This document shows positions 1-8,941 of a stretch of 64,000 bases of DNA, piece by piece. The stretch is from a virus (lineage: Duplodnaviria > Caudoviricetes), in IMG/VR virus record IMGVR_UViG_3300025121_000014, positions 160,001 through 224,000 of that record. One strand, written 5' to 3'. Every line of letters begins with the position of its first letter. The stretch's first letter is position 1. The notes under the pieces were generated by a model. The model saw nothing but the letters and a program-made list of their open reading frames with translations, was not told where the DNA came from and made no database searches. Position numbers and translations under genes: made by a program.

Positions 1-2
1 AT

Positions 3-563
3 GAACAAAAACCTGAAGAAAAAAGTGAAATAATTTTTACTGGTAATCATCTTAAAATTGTTGATTATAAAAATCAAGAATTTGTTCTTGAACCTCATAT
101 GGTTATAATGTTACCTTATTTACGTGACGAAAGTCATATTTTATTAAGACATGAATATATTCCTACTTATCAATATTTTTATAAAAATATTGATGATTTT
201 AAAGGAGTTACACATTTTTTAACAGCTATATCAGGTACAGTTGAAAAAGGAGAATCATTAAATAATGCTATTAGAAGAGAATTGTATGAAGAAACAGGAA
301 TAATTTTATCAAGTGGATATAATATTGACGTTCAAAAAAGTTTATTTTTAAATAAAGGAAATGTATCACAATATCATATATGCATCCTAGAATTAAAATA
401 TAATGACTTTAAATTAACTACACCAAAAGGAGATGGAACTTATAATGAAACTGTATCTAAAACAATAAAAGTTAGTTTAGGGGATTTAAATAATTTAAGA
501 ACACATGATTTAATAACAGAATATATCTTGACAAAATTCAAATTAGATTACGATTTAAAATAA
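3..563 (+). CDS. NUDIX hydrolase (5'-truncated by window edge)
   Basis: Nudix box GTVEKGESLNNAIRRELYEETG. The frame stays open upstream of the ORF-track start at 99 to the window edge (EQKPEEKSEIIFTGNHLKIVDY...). Confidence 0.85.
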   Translation, partial: EQKPEEKSEIIFTGNHLKIVDYKNQEFVLEPHMVIMLPYLRDESHILLRHEYIPTYQYFYKNIDDFKGVTHFLTAISGTVEKGESLNNAIRRELYEETGIILSSGYNIDVQKSLFLNKGNVSQYHICILELKYNDFKLTTPKGDGTYNETVSKTIKVSLGDLNNLRTHDLITEYILTKFKLDYDLK

Positions 564-652
564 CGAAAAGAGTTAAAAAATTTATTAAAAGCCTATTAAA
601 TTTTTAAACATTTCTATATTAATTTCATATATAAAGAAAAAATAAATTAATA

Positions 653-1174
653 ATGCCATTTTCTATTATTTCTGCTATGGATTCCAAACGAGGCATAGGC
701 AAAAACAATTCTATTCCCTGGCATATTCCAGAAGATTTTCAATGGTTTAAAAAACAAACTACAAATAAAATAGTTATAATGGGTGATACTACATATTATT
801 CATTGCCTGAAAAAACAAGACCGTTACCAAATAGAATAAATATTGTTTTAACTCTTGATGACGAGAAAGTAAAACCATTAGAAGACGAAGGTTGCATTGT
901 TATGCGTTCAGTTAAAGAAGTTTATGATAAATATAAAAATGAAGATTGTTTTATAATTGGAGGTGGAAAAATATATTTAGAATTTTTAAGTTTATCTGAT
1001 AAAATGTATTTAACTTTTATAAAAGGAAATTTTGAATGTGATACATTTTTCCCTTTATTTGATAAAAAAATTTGGAAAATTATTTATAGAACACAATATG
1101 GTGTTAGCAAAAAAGGATATAAATATTCTTTTAATATAATAGAAAGAATGAACTACACATTAGCTAAAGACTAA
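653..1174 (+). CDS. folA: Dihydrofolate reductase
   Basis: IGKNNSIPWHIPEDFQWFK, IMGDTTYYSLP..RPLPNRINIVLT, FIIGGGKIY and CDTFFP are classic DHFR motifs. Confidence 0.97.
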   Translation: MPFSIISAMDSKRGIGKNNSIPWHIPEDFQWFKKQTTNKIVIMGDTTYYSLPEKTRPLPNRINIVLTLDDEKVKPLEDEGCIVMRSVKEVYDKYKNEDCFIIGGGKIYLEFLSLSDKMYLTFIKGNFECDTFFPLFDKKIWKIIYRTQYGVSKKGYKYSFNIIERMNYTLAKD

Positions 1175-1399
1175 ATATGTTTCTTTCAAAATAATTTGAA
1201 AAACTCTTTTTACAGAGGCTCGTTCATAAAAGCAAGTGTTAGATGTTAAAAAACATATTTAAACTAACAAGACTTGTTAAAAACAAGTCACTAGTCAAAA
1301 ACGGACTAGATCGTTTTTAAAAACTTAACGTGTTTAACCTCAATGATTTTACTTGATCTAGGTTTGTAGATCAAAACTATTAAATCATTTCAAAGAACT
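1172..1399 (-). ncRNA. Candidate structured non-coding RNA (unassigned family)
   Basis: Intergenic, no ORF. Perfect helices 1172-1182/1251-1261, 1184-1190/1195-1201, 1271-1278/1282-1289, 1291-1296/1304-1309, 1342-1349/1382-1389 and 1353-1360/1367-1374. Two crossing pairings (1237-1242/1264-1269; 1297-1303/1312-1318). boxA-like AGTTCTTTGAAA and an ATATATA motif lie upstream on the minus strand. Confidence 0.55.
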
Positions 1400-1554
1400 T
1401 TTATCTAATTACTATATATATTAAATAATTAAAGACTGTTTTTGTCAAATTCATCCACTAAACTGAAGATTTGGTGGTTTTCTTTGACGGGATCATATAA
1501 AATTAGAAGATATATGAAACTATATGTTTCATAAAAAAAATAATAAAATAAAAA

Positions 1555-2088
1555 ATGAATGTAACAAAATTAAATGCAGACCAACTTATACATAAATGGA
1601 AATCTATTTTAATTACCAAAAATATTCCAGAAAAATATCATTTAAATGTAGCGTTTTATGTAGAAATTTTAAGTATTATGGAAACTGTAAATACATTATC
1701 ATCAATAAACAATAGATATACTACATTAGTTCCATTGAATATTGAAATTATTTCTAAAATAATAGATTTATCTAAAGTTTATTTTATGGATAAACCAGCA
1801 CAAGAAATATTAGGAAAATATATTCAAGTTTCAGAAGTTATGTTTAAATGTGATTTAACTTTAAATGATTTACAGTATTTAGAATTAACTGATGATATTG
1901 TTAAATATAATGTATTTTCTGATAGGATTGTAGAAAAAATAACTAATCGTATAAATAAAGAAATCGAAGAAGGTAAAAATATATACATTTATAATCTTTG
2001 CCAAACTCTGAATATATTGAAGGATAATTCTAATTCTGATTTACCTATACCTATATTAACCATTGTTTCAAGATTTGCTGCAATATAA
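1555..2088 (+). CDS. Hypothetical protein
   Basis: 177 aa ORF with an A-rich start context; no motif recognised. Confidence 0.6.
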   Translation: MNVTKLNADQLIHKWKSILITKNIPEKYHLNVAFYVEILSIMETVNTLSSINNRYTTLVPLNIEIISKIIDLSKVYFMDKPAQEILGKYIQVSEVMFKCDLTLNDLQYLELTDDIVKYNVFSDRIVEKITNRINKEIEEGKNIYIYNLCQTLNILKDNSNSDLPIPILTIVSRFAAI

Positions 2089-2164
2089 TAACAATTAGTA
2101 ATATTATTAATAATATAAACTTTTATTAATTATATAAATAAACAATAAAAATAATTAAATTAAA

Positions 2165-2473
2165 ATGAGCCAAATAAAAAAAATTGATATTAAAGAGTTT
2201 CGTGAAAAAGGATATTTACAAGAATTAAATAGACAATTTTTACATCCACTTGGATTAGCATTAGAAATAGTTCAAGAAAACGATGGTGAAGAAAAATTAG
2301 GTGGTATATGGGATTATCGTGATGACGAAGAAGGAATATACTATGATATTAAAAACTCTGATGATGACCGTATAAATAGGTTTAAAACTAATAAAGATTT
2401 TATTGATAATGAATTAAATAAACGTTTTAAAAAACGTAAAAAAACATTAGGTTTTGATATAGAACCAATATAA
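2165..2473 (+). CDS. Hypothetical phage protein
   Basis: 102 aa ORF (EFREKGYLQELNRQFLHPLGLALE); function not recognised. Confidence 0.65.
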   Translation: MSQIKKIDIKEFREKGYLQELNRQFLHPLGLALEIVQENDGEEKLGGIWDYRDDEEGIYYDIKNSDDDRINRFKTNKDFIDNELNKRFKKRKKTLGFDIEPI

Positions 2474-2490
2474 AAATAATAAATTGAATA

Positions 2491-3477
2491 TTGAGAACAA
2501 ATTTAATAATTGATGGGAATTACTTATTACACAAAGATGTCTTTATTTTATATGATACAAAGACATTATATTCTGACCTACCAGTTTTAATGAGAAACGA
2601 TTTAGATCGTTTAACTAAAATGTATGCATACGATAATATCTATTTTGTATCCGATTCTAAAATGCGTTGGAGACAAGATTATTTTGAAGAATATAAACAA
2701 AATAGAAAACATGATGAAAATATAGATTGGGGTTTTGTTTATAATGAATATGATAAACTAAAAGAAGAAATAAAAAGTAGACCAAATTTTTTTTCTTATG
2801 AAATAGATTGGGCAGAAGGTGATGACGTAATTGCTTATATTGTAAAAGAAACTAATAAATTAGGATCAAGTAATGTCATAATGGCAGCAGATAGTGATTT
2901 ACATCAATTATTAAAATTCGATTTAAGTCAAGAATATATTAATATTATTTATAATTATAAATTAAGTGATGAAAAAACTTACTTCCCTAAAAATTATCAA
3001 ATATTTTTAAGTGAAATGTCTAAAGTATCAACAGCTAATTTATTTGATATGAATGAAGATGATGATTTATTAGAATTTTTAGAATATTTAGATACTAGAA
3101 CTAAAACAGTAGAAGTAATAAGTGAAAAATCGTTATTTTGTAAATTAATATCAGGTGATAAAAAAGATAATGTACCATCAGTTTATATAACACAAACTAA
3201 AAATGGAAAAGAACGAGGTATAGGAATTACTGGTGGAGAATCTATATATAACTTATATAAAGAAACTAATGCTGATGAAATTAATTTTGATGCTGATGAT
3301 TTTATTGAAAAAACCGCTGATGTAGTTTATTACAGTCGAAAAATTACAGATAAATCACATTTAGATATTATCAAAGAAAATATTAAAAGAAATATGATAT
3401 TATTAACATTAGATGAAAAATATTTACCTAAAAATATATCAGATAATATGAAAAATACTGTAAAAATAAGATATTAA
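2491..3477 (+). CDS. rnh: T4-like RNase H / 5'-3' exonuclease (FEN family)
   Basis: TTG start. LIIDGNYLLH, EGDDVIAY, DSDLHQL and ISGDKKDNVP supply the acidic catalytic and H3TH motifs. Confidence 0.85.
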   Translation: MRTNLIIDGNYLLHKDVFILYDTKTLYSDLPVLMRNDLDRLTKMYAYDNIYFVSDSKMRWRQDYFEEYKQNRKHDENIDWGFVYNEYDKLKEEIKSRPNFFSYEIDWAEGDDVIAYIVKETNKLGSSNVIMAADSDLHQLLKFDLSQEYINIIYNYKLSDEKTYFPKNYQIFLSEMSKVSTANLFDMNEDDDLLEFLEYLDTRTKTVEVISEKSLFCKLISGDKKDNVPSVYITQTKNGKERGIGITGGESIYNLYKETNADEINFDADDFIEKTADVVYYSRKITDKSHLDIIKENIKRNMILLTLDEKYLPKNISDNMKNTVKIRY

Positions 3478-3480
3478 TAT

Positions 3481-3693
3481 ATGATTTGGTCAAGAAAAGA
3501 CAAAAATAATAAAATATATTTTTGCACGGCTGATAGTATGAAATTTAACACGATTTCAGAAGCTACACACTATTTAATTATTTTTTCAAATTATCAAAGA
3601 TGTATACAACTATATGCACATTTCCAAAAAACCTTAGATAGAAAAGATAAATTAGAAGATTTAATAGAAAAAATCAACCAACGATGTAACTAA
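3481..3693 (+). CDS. Small hypothetical protein with RxxK(I/L)xxL motif
   Basis: 70 aa ORF directly after rnh; C-terminal RKDKLEDL. Confidence 0.5.
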   Translation: MIWSRKDKNNKIYFCTADSMKFNTISEATHYLIIFSNYQRCIQLYAHFQKTLDRKDKLEDLIEKINQRCN

Positions 3694-3958
3694 GTTTTCC
3701 AATTCCTGGAACATTTGTACCATTATCATAAGTATAAAGAATATGAATTTTCTTTAATCCTTCTAATTTTTCCTCATCACCTGTATCTTCATTTAACATA
3801 TAATCAACACCATATTCAAAATCTATACCTGGTGTTTCACCACCTAAAATAGTTTTAAGACCTTCAGAAATAACATCTACTGTTACGTCATTTAAATTAT
3901 CAAATTGTGCCATAAAATTATTTATTTGTTGTGTTCTTAATTGTTGAATTTCGTTCAT
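3674..3958 (-). CDS. Hypothetical protein
   Basis: 94 aa acidic ORF with coding-like composition. Confidence 0.65.
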   Translation of the reverse strand: MNEIQQLRTQQINNFMAQFDNLNDVTVDVISEGLKTILGGETPGIDFEYGVDYMLNEDTGDEEKLEGLKKIHILYTYDNGTNVPGIGKLSYIVG

Positions 3959-3985
3959 TTTTTATTATTGTTTTTTATTTATATA

Positions 3986-4447
3986 TTAAATTGTTATAGT
4001 TGTATAGCAATTATTAGGATCTGTTGATGTTGAATAATTATTTTTTCTAATTGCTAAATTGTATTTCCTTCTTGTTAATCCGGCTGGATAACCAATTGAT
4101 ACACCATAATTCCCTGTTGTTGTTGAATAACCAGCATAATATCCTATAAAAACATTACCACTAAATGTACCATACATTCCACTATTTTTCCAATAGTAGT
4201 TATATAATACTTTGCCCTGATATTTTTTATCAATAAATTTCTTATTCATTAATTTAAATATTTTTAATTCTCTTAAAAATATATGAATTGCTCTAATTTC
4301 TTGTAATCCTAGTTCTTTATAGTATTCATTTTCGATTTCTTTTATATTTAAATATCTATATTCAAGAATATTGTTTTTTTTATCGATATATTTATAATCA
4401 CCAACTTTAAATTTGTAATCTTTATAATATGTAATTGTATCTATCAT
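3986..4447 (-). CDS. Hypothetical protein with tail-fibre-like GYxAG repeats
   Basis: FIGYYAGYSTTTGNYGVSIGYPAG segment; also RELKIFKL. Confidence 0.55.
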   Translation of the reverse strand: MIDTITYYKDYKFKVGDYKYIDKKNNILEYRYLNIKEIENEYYKELGLQEIRAIHIFLRELKIFKLMNKKFIDKKYQGKVLYNYYWKNSGMYGTFSGNVFIGYYAGYSTTTGNYGVSIGYPAGLTRRKYNLAIRKNNYSTSTDPNNCYTTITI

Positions 4448-4453
4448 TATGTT

Positions 4454-4759
4454 TTATTTTTTATCAATCATTGTTGTACCTAAACTTAAACTAAACAAAT
4501 CAAACCATTCGTCATTTATGTCATCTCTAATTTCTTCTTTATAAACTAAATCATCATAATAAATAGCATCATCAAAATTTTTATCTTTTAATTTTTGTAT
4601 TTTTATTTTTCTTAAATATGTATTTATCCAATGTAAATAAGTACTTGTACTACCATAAGTAAGTTCAAATGTATCTATATTAAAAATTATTTCTTTATTA
4701 TCATATATGACTTTAAAAAATCCTTTTTTATAATATCGTATTTCTTTTAATTTATCCAT
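4454..4759 (-). CDS. Hypothetical protein with RxxKIxKL motif
   Basis: 101 aa ORF; LRKIKIQKL. Confidence 0.6.
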   Translation of the reverse strand: MDKLKEIRYYKKGFFKVIYDNKEIIFNIDTFELTYGSTSTYLHWINTYLRKIKIQKLKDKNFDDAIYYDDLVYKEEIRDDINDEWFDLFSLSLGTTMIDKK

Positions 4760-4865
4760 TTTTTTAATATTAATATATAATATATATTATACATTAAATT
4801 TAATAAAGTTTATTTTTAATGATTTTTAAATTTTTATATATAAAGAAAAAAAATAATTCACAAAA

Positions 4866-5924
4866 ATGAAAAAATTCTCTGAACTAAACAAAGAAAATAC
4901 TAAAGTAGAAGAATCTACAAATAAAGCAGATTTCATAAAAAATCTTATAAATGAAACATTAAGTATCGAAGAAGGAAAAATTAAAGGAATTGATATTTTA
5001 GCTAAAACATTAAATTCTATTATGGATTTAAATGAATCTAAAACAAAAGTTCAAGTTTTAGAAAATGTTAAAGCAATGTCTGCTCATTCATTTAATTTTT
5101 TAAAAATAAACGAAGCAATAGAATTAGAAAAAACTATAATTAAAAATTATGCTTTATTTATAAATGAAGATGGTTCAGAAGGTACAATTGCTGTAGCTAA
5201 TATAGAAGAAGTTGGTGCATTAGTTTCTGAATCAGTACATTCAAAATGTAAATGTGGTGATGATTGTAAATGTGATGACGAATGTGATTGTGAAAAAATA
5301 AATGAATCAGAAAAAACTATAATTAAAAATTATGTTTTATTTAAGTCAGATGATAAAAATGTTCAGGATGGTATAGCACTTGCATCTGTTGAAGATGTTG
5401 ACCAAGCTATTATTGATGGTTCAGTTGAAGAAACATTTAAAGAAATTAAAGAATCAGTTGAAGAAAGAAATGAAGTAATTAAAAAAAGAAATGAAGAAAT
5501 TAGAAAAAGAAATGAATTAAATCCTGATGAAGAACAAGAAGAATTAGAAGAATTAGAAAACGAAGATGAAGAAAAAGGAGAAGATGCAAAAGATATAGAA
5601 GAACAAGAAGTTTTTGAATCATTTGTAACAAAAGTTCAATTTCTACAAGATCCTAGTAAATTAGAAATTGACGAATTATATAAATTAATGGAAAATATTA
5701 ATACCGAAGAAGTATTGAATGAAGATCATTTAACTTCAAAAGATGATAGAATTAAATATATTCTAGATTGTGTTGATAAAAAAGAATGTAAAAAAACAAT
5801 TATAGATTTTATTAGCAAATTACCAAGTTATGTAAAAGATGGTAGTATTAATAAAACAGTTAAACAACTTTCTGATAAAGAAGTTGAGAAATTGTACAAA
5901 AAATGTGAAGAATGTTGTAAGTAG
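4866..5924 (+). CDS. Acidic coiled-coil protein, candidate prohead core/internal protein
   Basis: N-terminal MKKFSELNKE, many (I/L/F/V)xE sites, Glu-rich tract, Cys cluster KCKCGDDCKCDDECDC, internal repeat EKTIIKNY (5126-5151 = 5309-5334); preceded by TATATATAAA. Confidence 0.5.
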   Translation: MKKFSELNKENTKVEESTNKADFIKNLINETLSIEEGKIKGIDILAKTLNSIMDLNESKTKVQVLENVKAMSAHSFNFLKINEAIELEKTIIKNYALFINEDGSEGTIAVANIEEVGALVSESVHSKCKCGDDCKCDDECDCEKINESEKTIIKNYVLFKSDDKNVQDGIALASVEDVDQAIIDGSVEETFKEIKESVEERNEVIKKRNEEIRKRNELNPDEEQEELEELENEDEEKGEDAKDIEEQEVFESFVTKVQFLQDPSKLEIDELYKLMENINTEEVLNEDHLTSKDDRIKYILDCVDKKECKKTIIDFISKLPSYVKDGSINKTVKQLSDKEVEKLYKKCEECCK

Positions 5925-5945
5925 GATAATTTAGTGGATTAAGGG

Positions 5946-5977
5946 AAGGGTTAATAGAAAATATTAACCCTTTTTTG
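5946..5977 (+). terminator. Rho-independent terminator
   Basis: 11-bp stem AAGGGTTAATA/TATTAACCCTT, loop GAAAA, then a T tract, between convergent genes. Confidence 0.85.
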
Positions 5978-5985
5978 TTTTTTAA

Positions 5986-6183
5986 TTAATTTTGTATGAA
6001 TAAGTATTGTTTCCATTTTTGAAAGACTCCACTATTTTCAATTAACTCTATTTCGTCTTTAGCATCATAATCTAATCCCCAACCACTATCCAACATAATA
6101 GGTGCATCTTCATCAAAATTATCTTGTAGATATTTAATCAAATGTTTAACTGTTGGTTCTAATTCTTTTTTCGTGTTTGCCAT
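5986..6183 (-). CDS. Hypothetical protein
   Basis: 65 aa ORF in the minus-strand gene run. Confidence 0.6.
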   Translation of the reverse strand: MANTKKELEPTVKHLIKYLQDNFDEDAPIMLDSGWGLDYDAKDEIELIENSGVFQKWKQYLFIQN

Positions 6184-6186
6184 AAT

Positions 6187-6738
6187 TTATTTATTAAATT
6201 TATTTTGTAATTTTGTTTCTGTTTCTAAACTTTTCCCTTTAATTTCTTCAACTATTTCAGGTGTAAGTTTATTTTTTATAAGAAAATCATTTACTGTTTC
6301 GTCTGATAATGAATCAGATAATGAATGTAAAACTATCGATTTATTTTCATTTGCTAAAATATGTAATTTACCTTCAACTTTGTGCCAATCAAGAACTCTA
6401 TGCCAACCTTTTATTGGTTTTAAAAATATATCATTTTCTGCTATTTTTTTAATCTTATTTTTAATTTTATTTCCTTTATAAAATTCAATTGTTGGCCAAC
6501 CTACATTACCACTAATAGAAGCAATTAACTTATCATCGTTATAAACTTCTGAATATATGGTATATTTACTACGTGCAAAAGTTTTTCTTTCTGTTCTATA
6601 TCCAGCATCTTCACAAATTTTTTCTAATTTAGATATATTTATAACATCAATAATTAAAAAATATAGAAATGCACCAAGCCTATCACAAACCCTTGTTGAT
6701 ATTTCATCATGTCTTGTTTTTAATTCTTCTATTGTCAT
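6187..6738 (-). CDS. Hypothetical protein
   Basis: 183 aa ORF closely packed in the minus-strand run. Confidence 0.65.
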   Translation of the reverse strand: MTIEELKTRHDEISTRVCDRLGAFLYFLIIDVINISKLEKICEDAGYRTERKTFARSKYTIYSEVYNDDKLIASISGNVGWPTIEFYKGNKIKNKIKKIAENDIFLKPIKGWHRVLDWHKVEGKLHILANENKSIVLHSLSDSLSDETVNDFLIKNKLTPEIVEEIKGKSLETETKLQNKFNK

Positions 6739-6752
6739 AATTTATTTATTAA

Positions 6753-7004
6753 TTATTTATAATGTATCGGGTTTTTACAATTTCCTTTATGTGTTAAATA
6801 ATCTTCTCTGTATCCAGTTATATTTCCTATATATTCACAAGAATCTATAATATAAACAGGCAATTTCATCATATAATCATCGGTGTTAAGAACTTCTATA
6901 TAATATGCTACTTTAGCATTATCATTTGTTTTTTTCCCATCTTCAATTATTTTTTCACAGGAACTAAATAATGCTATAATCAATATCAATAATAATTTTT
7001 GCAT
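6753..7004 (-). CDS. Putative lipoprotein
   Basis: MQKLLLILIIALFSS-C gives a hydrophobic signal plus a lipobox-like Cys. Confidence 0.65.
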   Translation of the reverse strand: MQKLLLILIIALFSSCEKIIEDGKKTNDNAKVAYYIEVLNTDDYMMKLPVYIIDSCEYIGNITGYREDYLTHKGNCKNPIHYK

Positions 7005-7114
7005 AATTTTAATTTTTAAGATTGGTAAGTTGCTAATTCAATTCTTTTTTGTCTAATTTGTTTCTTTTTAAAAGGGATTCTTCGTATTAGAAAATCAGAT
7101 AATTCCATAGCCTT

Positions 7115-7627
7115 TTATTTATTTGTTTGGTAAATTCTTTGATGATTGTAAATTATAACAGGGTTAGTATCACTATTATAAGCTTCCTTAACTAATGTTG
7201 CAATATCTTCACTATCAATAACATCTTTAACAATTCTAGGAAGTAATTCATTTGAGTATAACAAATCTTCATCTGATATTTCAATATTTTCCATCCAAGC
7301 TTCCCCCTGTTCTGAAATAATCATTCCTGTATAAAATCCTTTTAATCCGTATTTTTCAACAAATTGATCAGAATTACACCATATACAAAAACAAACTTTA
7401 TCACGTAATAAATATACGTGTTCAGAATTAATGACAAATCTACCGTATCCAATAAGACCTGAAGGTGTGCCGTGACCTAACATAACAATTCGATCATGTG
7501 CTTTTATTTGTTCTTTTAATTCTTTATTAGATGGATTATGGTTAATTACAGTCCAATCCCTACCAACATAAATTTCTGTTAAAAAACGAGTTGAATAATC
7601 AGTTGGATGTATTACTAATGTTTTCAT
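7115..7627 (-). CDS. Hypothetical protein (His-Gly motif MLGHGT; possibly peptidase-like fold)
   Basis: The start is more likely MKTLVIHP at 7627, because a Bacteroidota promoter overlaps the longer ORF start. Confidence 0.6.
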   Translation of the reverse strand: MKTLVIHPTDYSTRFLTEIYVGRDWTVINHNPSNKELKEQIKAHDRIVMLGHGTPSGLIGYGRFVINSEHVYLLRDKVCFCIWCNSDQFVEKYGLKGFYTGMIISEQGEAWMENIEISDEDLLYSNELLPRIVKDVIDSEDIATLVKEAYNSDTNPVIIYNHQRIYQTNK

Positions 7628-7648
7628 AAACTGAGTTTTAATTAACCA

Positions 7649-7680
7649 CAAAGGTAAACATAATTTCTTAAACTACCAAA
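7649..7680 (-). promoter_or_regulatory. Bacteroidota sigma70-type promoter (-33/-7)
   Basis: Minus strand TTTG-N20-TACCTTTG matches TTTG-N19-21-TAnnTTTG. Confidence 0.7.
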
Positions 7681-7909
7681 TATAAGGATCGTGGAGATAT
7701 GCATTTGGAAATTCTTTAATAAAGATTTTTCTTAATTTAATATAAGAAAACTTAACCAATTTATTTTTATTATATTTTTCCAATTGTTCTAATTGTTGAA
7801 TATGATGCATCCTAATCAACATCTTATGAAAAGATATTTCTCTATTCTTAACTAAGTACCTTAATATTTTCCACTTGCATTTAATTAGTATTTTTTTAAT
7901 TAAAAACAT
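7673..7909 (-). CDS. Hypothetical basic protein
   Basis: 78 aa ORF in the gene run. Confidence 0.45.
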   Translation of the reverse strand: MFLIKKILIKCKWKILRYLVKNREISFHKMLIRMHHIQQLEQLEKYNKNKLVKFSYIKLRKIFIKEFPNAYLHDPYIW

Positions 7910-7923
7910 ATAATTTATTTTTG

Positions 7924-8937
7924 TTATTTTATAATATATTTTTTAGATAGTTCTATATCAAATTTTGCTAAATTTCTAATTGCAGATGAACTAATATGTT
8001 CAAATTGTTTGTCACAAGTAAAATAAACTATTTGTGTATTCGGTCTTAAATCTTGTATAAATTGTGATTGGACTAATTCATAATTTAAATCATTCCCATT
8101 TCTTAATCCTCTAATTAAACTAACATCAGCACCATAATTTTTTATTTTATCTAAATATGTGGTAATCAACACATTGTAAGTATCAGTTTCTCTAAATCTT
8201 AAACCTTCAATTGATTCTACTTTTCTTTCTAATTTATCAGGATTATTTCCATATGCAATAATTACTTTATCAAATAACTTTTCAGCCTGTTGCAAAATAT
8301 TCATATGTCCTATATGGAAAGGGTTAAAACTACCTGCATATACACCAATTTTTGGTTTAAAATTTTCAACATAGTTTATTAAAAATTCTATTCTTTCTTT
8401 AGGAAATACATCGATATTTAATCTTGTTTTTAAAAATTCAATTCTTCCACTTTTATATAATTCATAACTAGCATATTGATATTCTTTAAAGATTGCTTTT
8501 TCATAATTTATTAAATCAATATAACTTCCTTTAAAAAATATATTATTATCTAATGTCCAAAATAATTCAGATAATTTATCTCGTGGATGGACATTAAGTT
8601 TTGTTCCTTTAATTATTTCAATAATTGTTTTTATAAGTGTTCCAGGTAATGTATTAGGTTGTTTTAAAAGAAAATAAACAGATTCTTCTTCATTATCATT
8701 TTTATCTGGAAAATAAATTACATCGTGAAAATAAGCAGCAATTAAAAGTGCTTCATATCGATCATTAGTTAAATAATATTGATGTTCTTCTATATTTTTA
8801 AGTAAAAAATTTAAATGTGATATACTATGCCAGTATCTATGTGATTCTGTCCACATATTATATAAAACATCACTTAAATCAGGATTTTTAAAATATTTTT
8901 CAATAATATCTAAATGTTTAAAGAAATATTTTGCCAT
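7924..8937 (-). CDS. HD-domain / phosphopantetheine adenylyltransferase (CoaD-like) fusion
   Basis: N-terminal half: HRYWHSISHL and AAYFHDVIY (HD). C-terminal half: GVYAGSFNPFHIGH (HIGH), LIRGLRNGNDLNYE and HISSSAIR. Confidence 0.8.
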   Translation of the reverse strand: MAKYFFKHLDIIEKYFKNPDLSDVLYNMWTESHRYWHSISHLNFLLKNIEEHQYYLTNDRYEALLIAAYFHDVIYFPDKNDNEEESVYFLLKQPNTLPGTLIKTIIEIIKGTKLNVHPRDKLSELFWTLDNNIFFKGSYIDLINYEKAIFKEYQYASYELYKSGRIEFLKTRLNIDVFPKERIEFLINYVENFKPKIGVYAGSFNPFHIGHMNILQQAEKLFDKVIIAYGNNPDKLERKVESIEGLRFRETDTYNVLITTYLDKIKNYGADVSLIRGLRNGNDLNYELVQSQFIQDLRPNTQIVYFTCDKQFEHISSSAIRNLAKFDIELSKKYIIK

Positions 8938-8941
8938 TTAA

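Noticed and set aside
1463-1469. Hammerhead ribozyme core (CUGAAGA)
   Set aside because: The heptamer is a closed hairpin loop; the three-stem junction and the GAAA/UH elements are missing.
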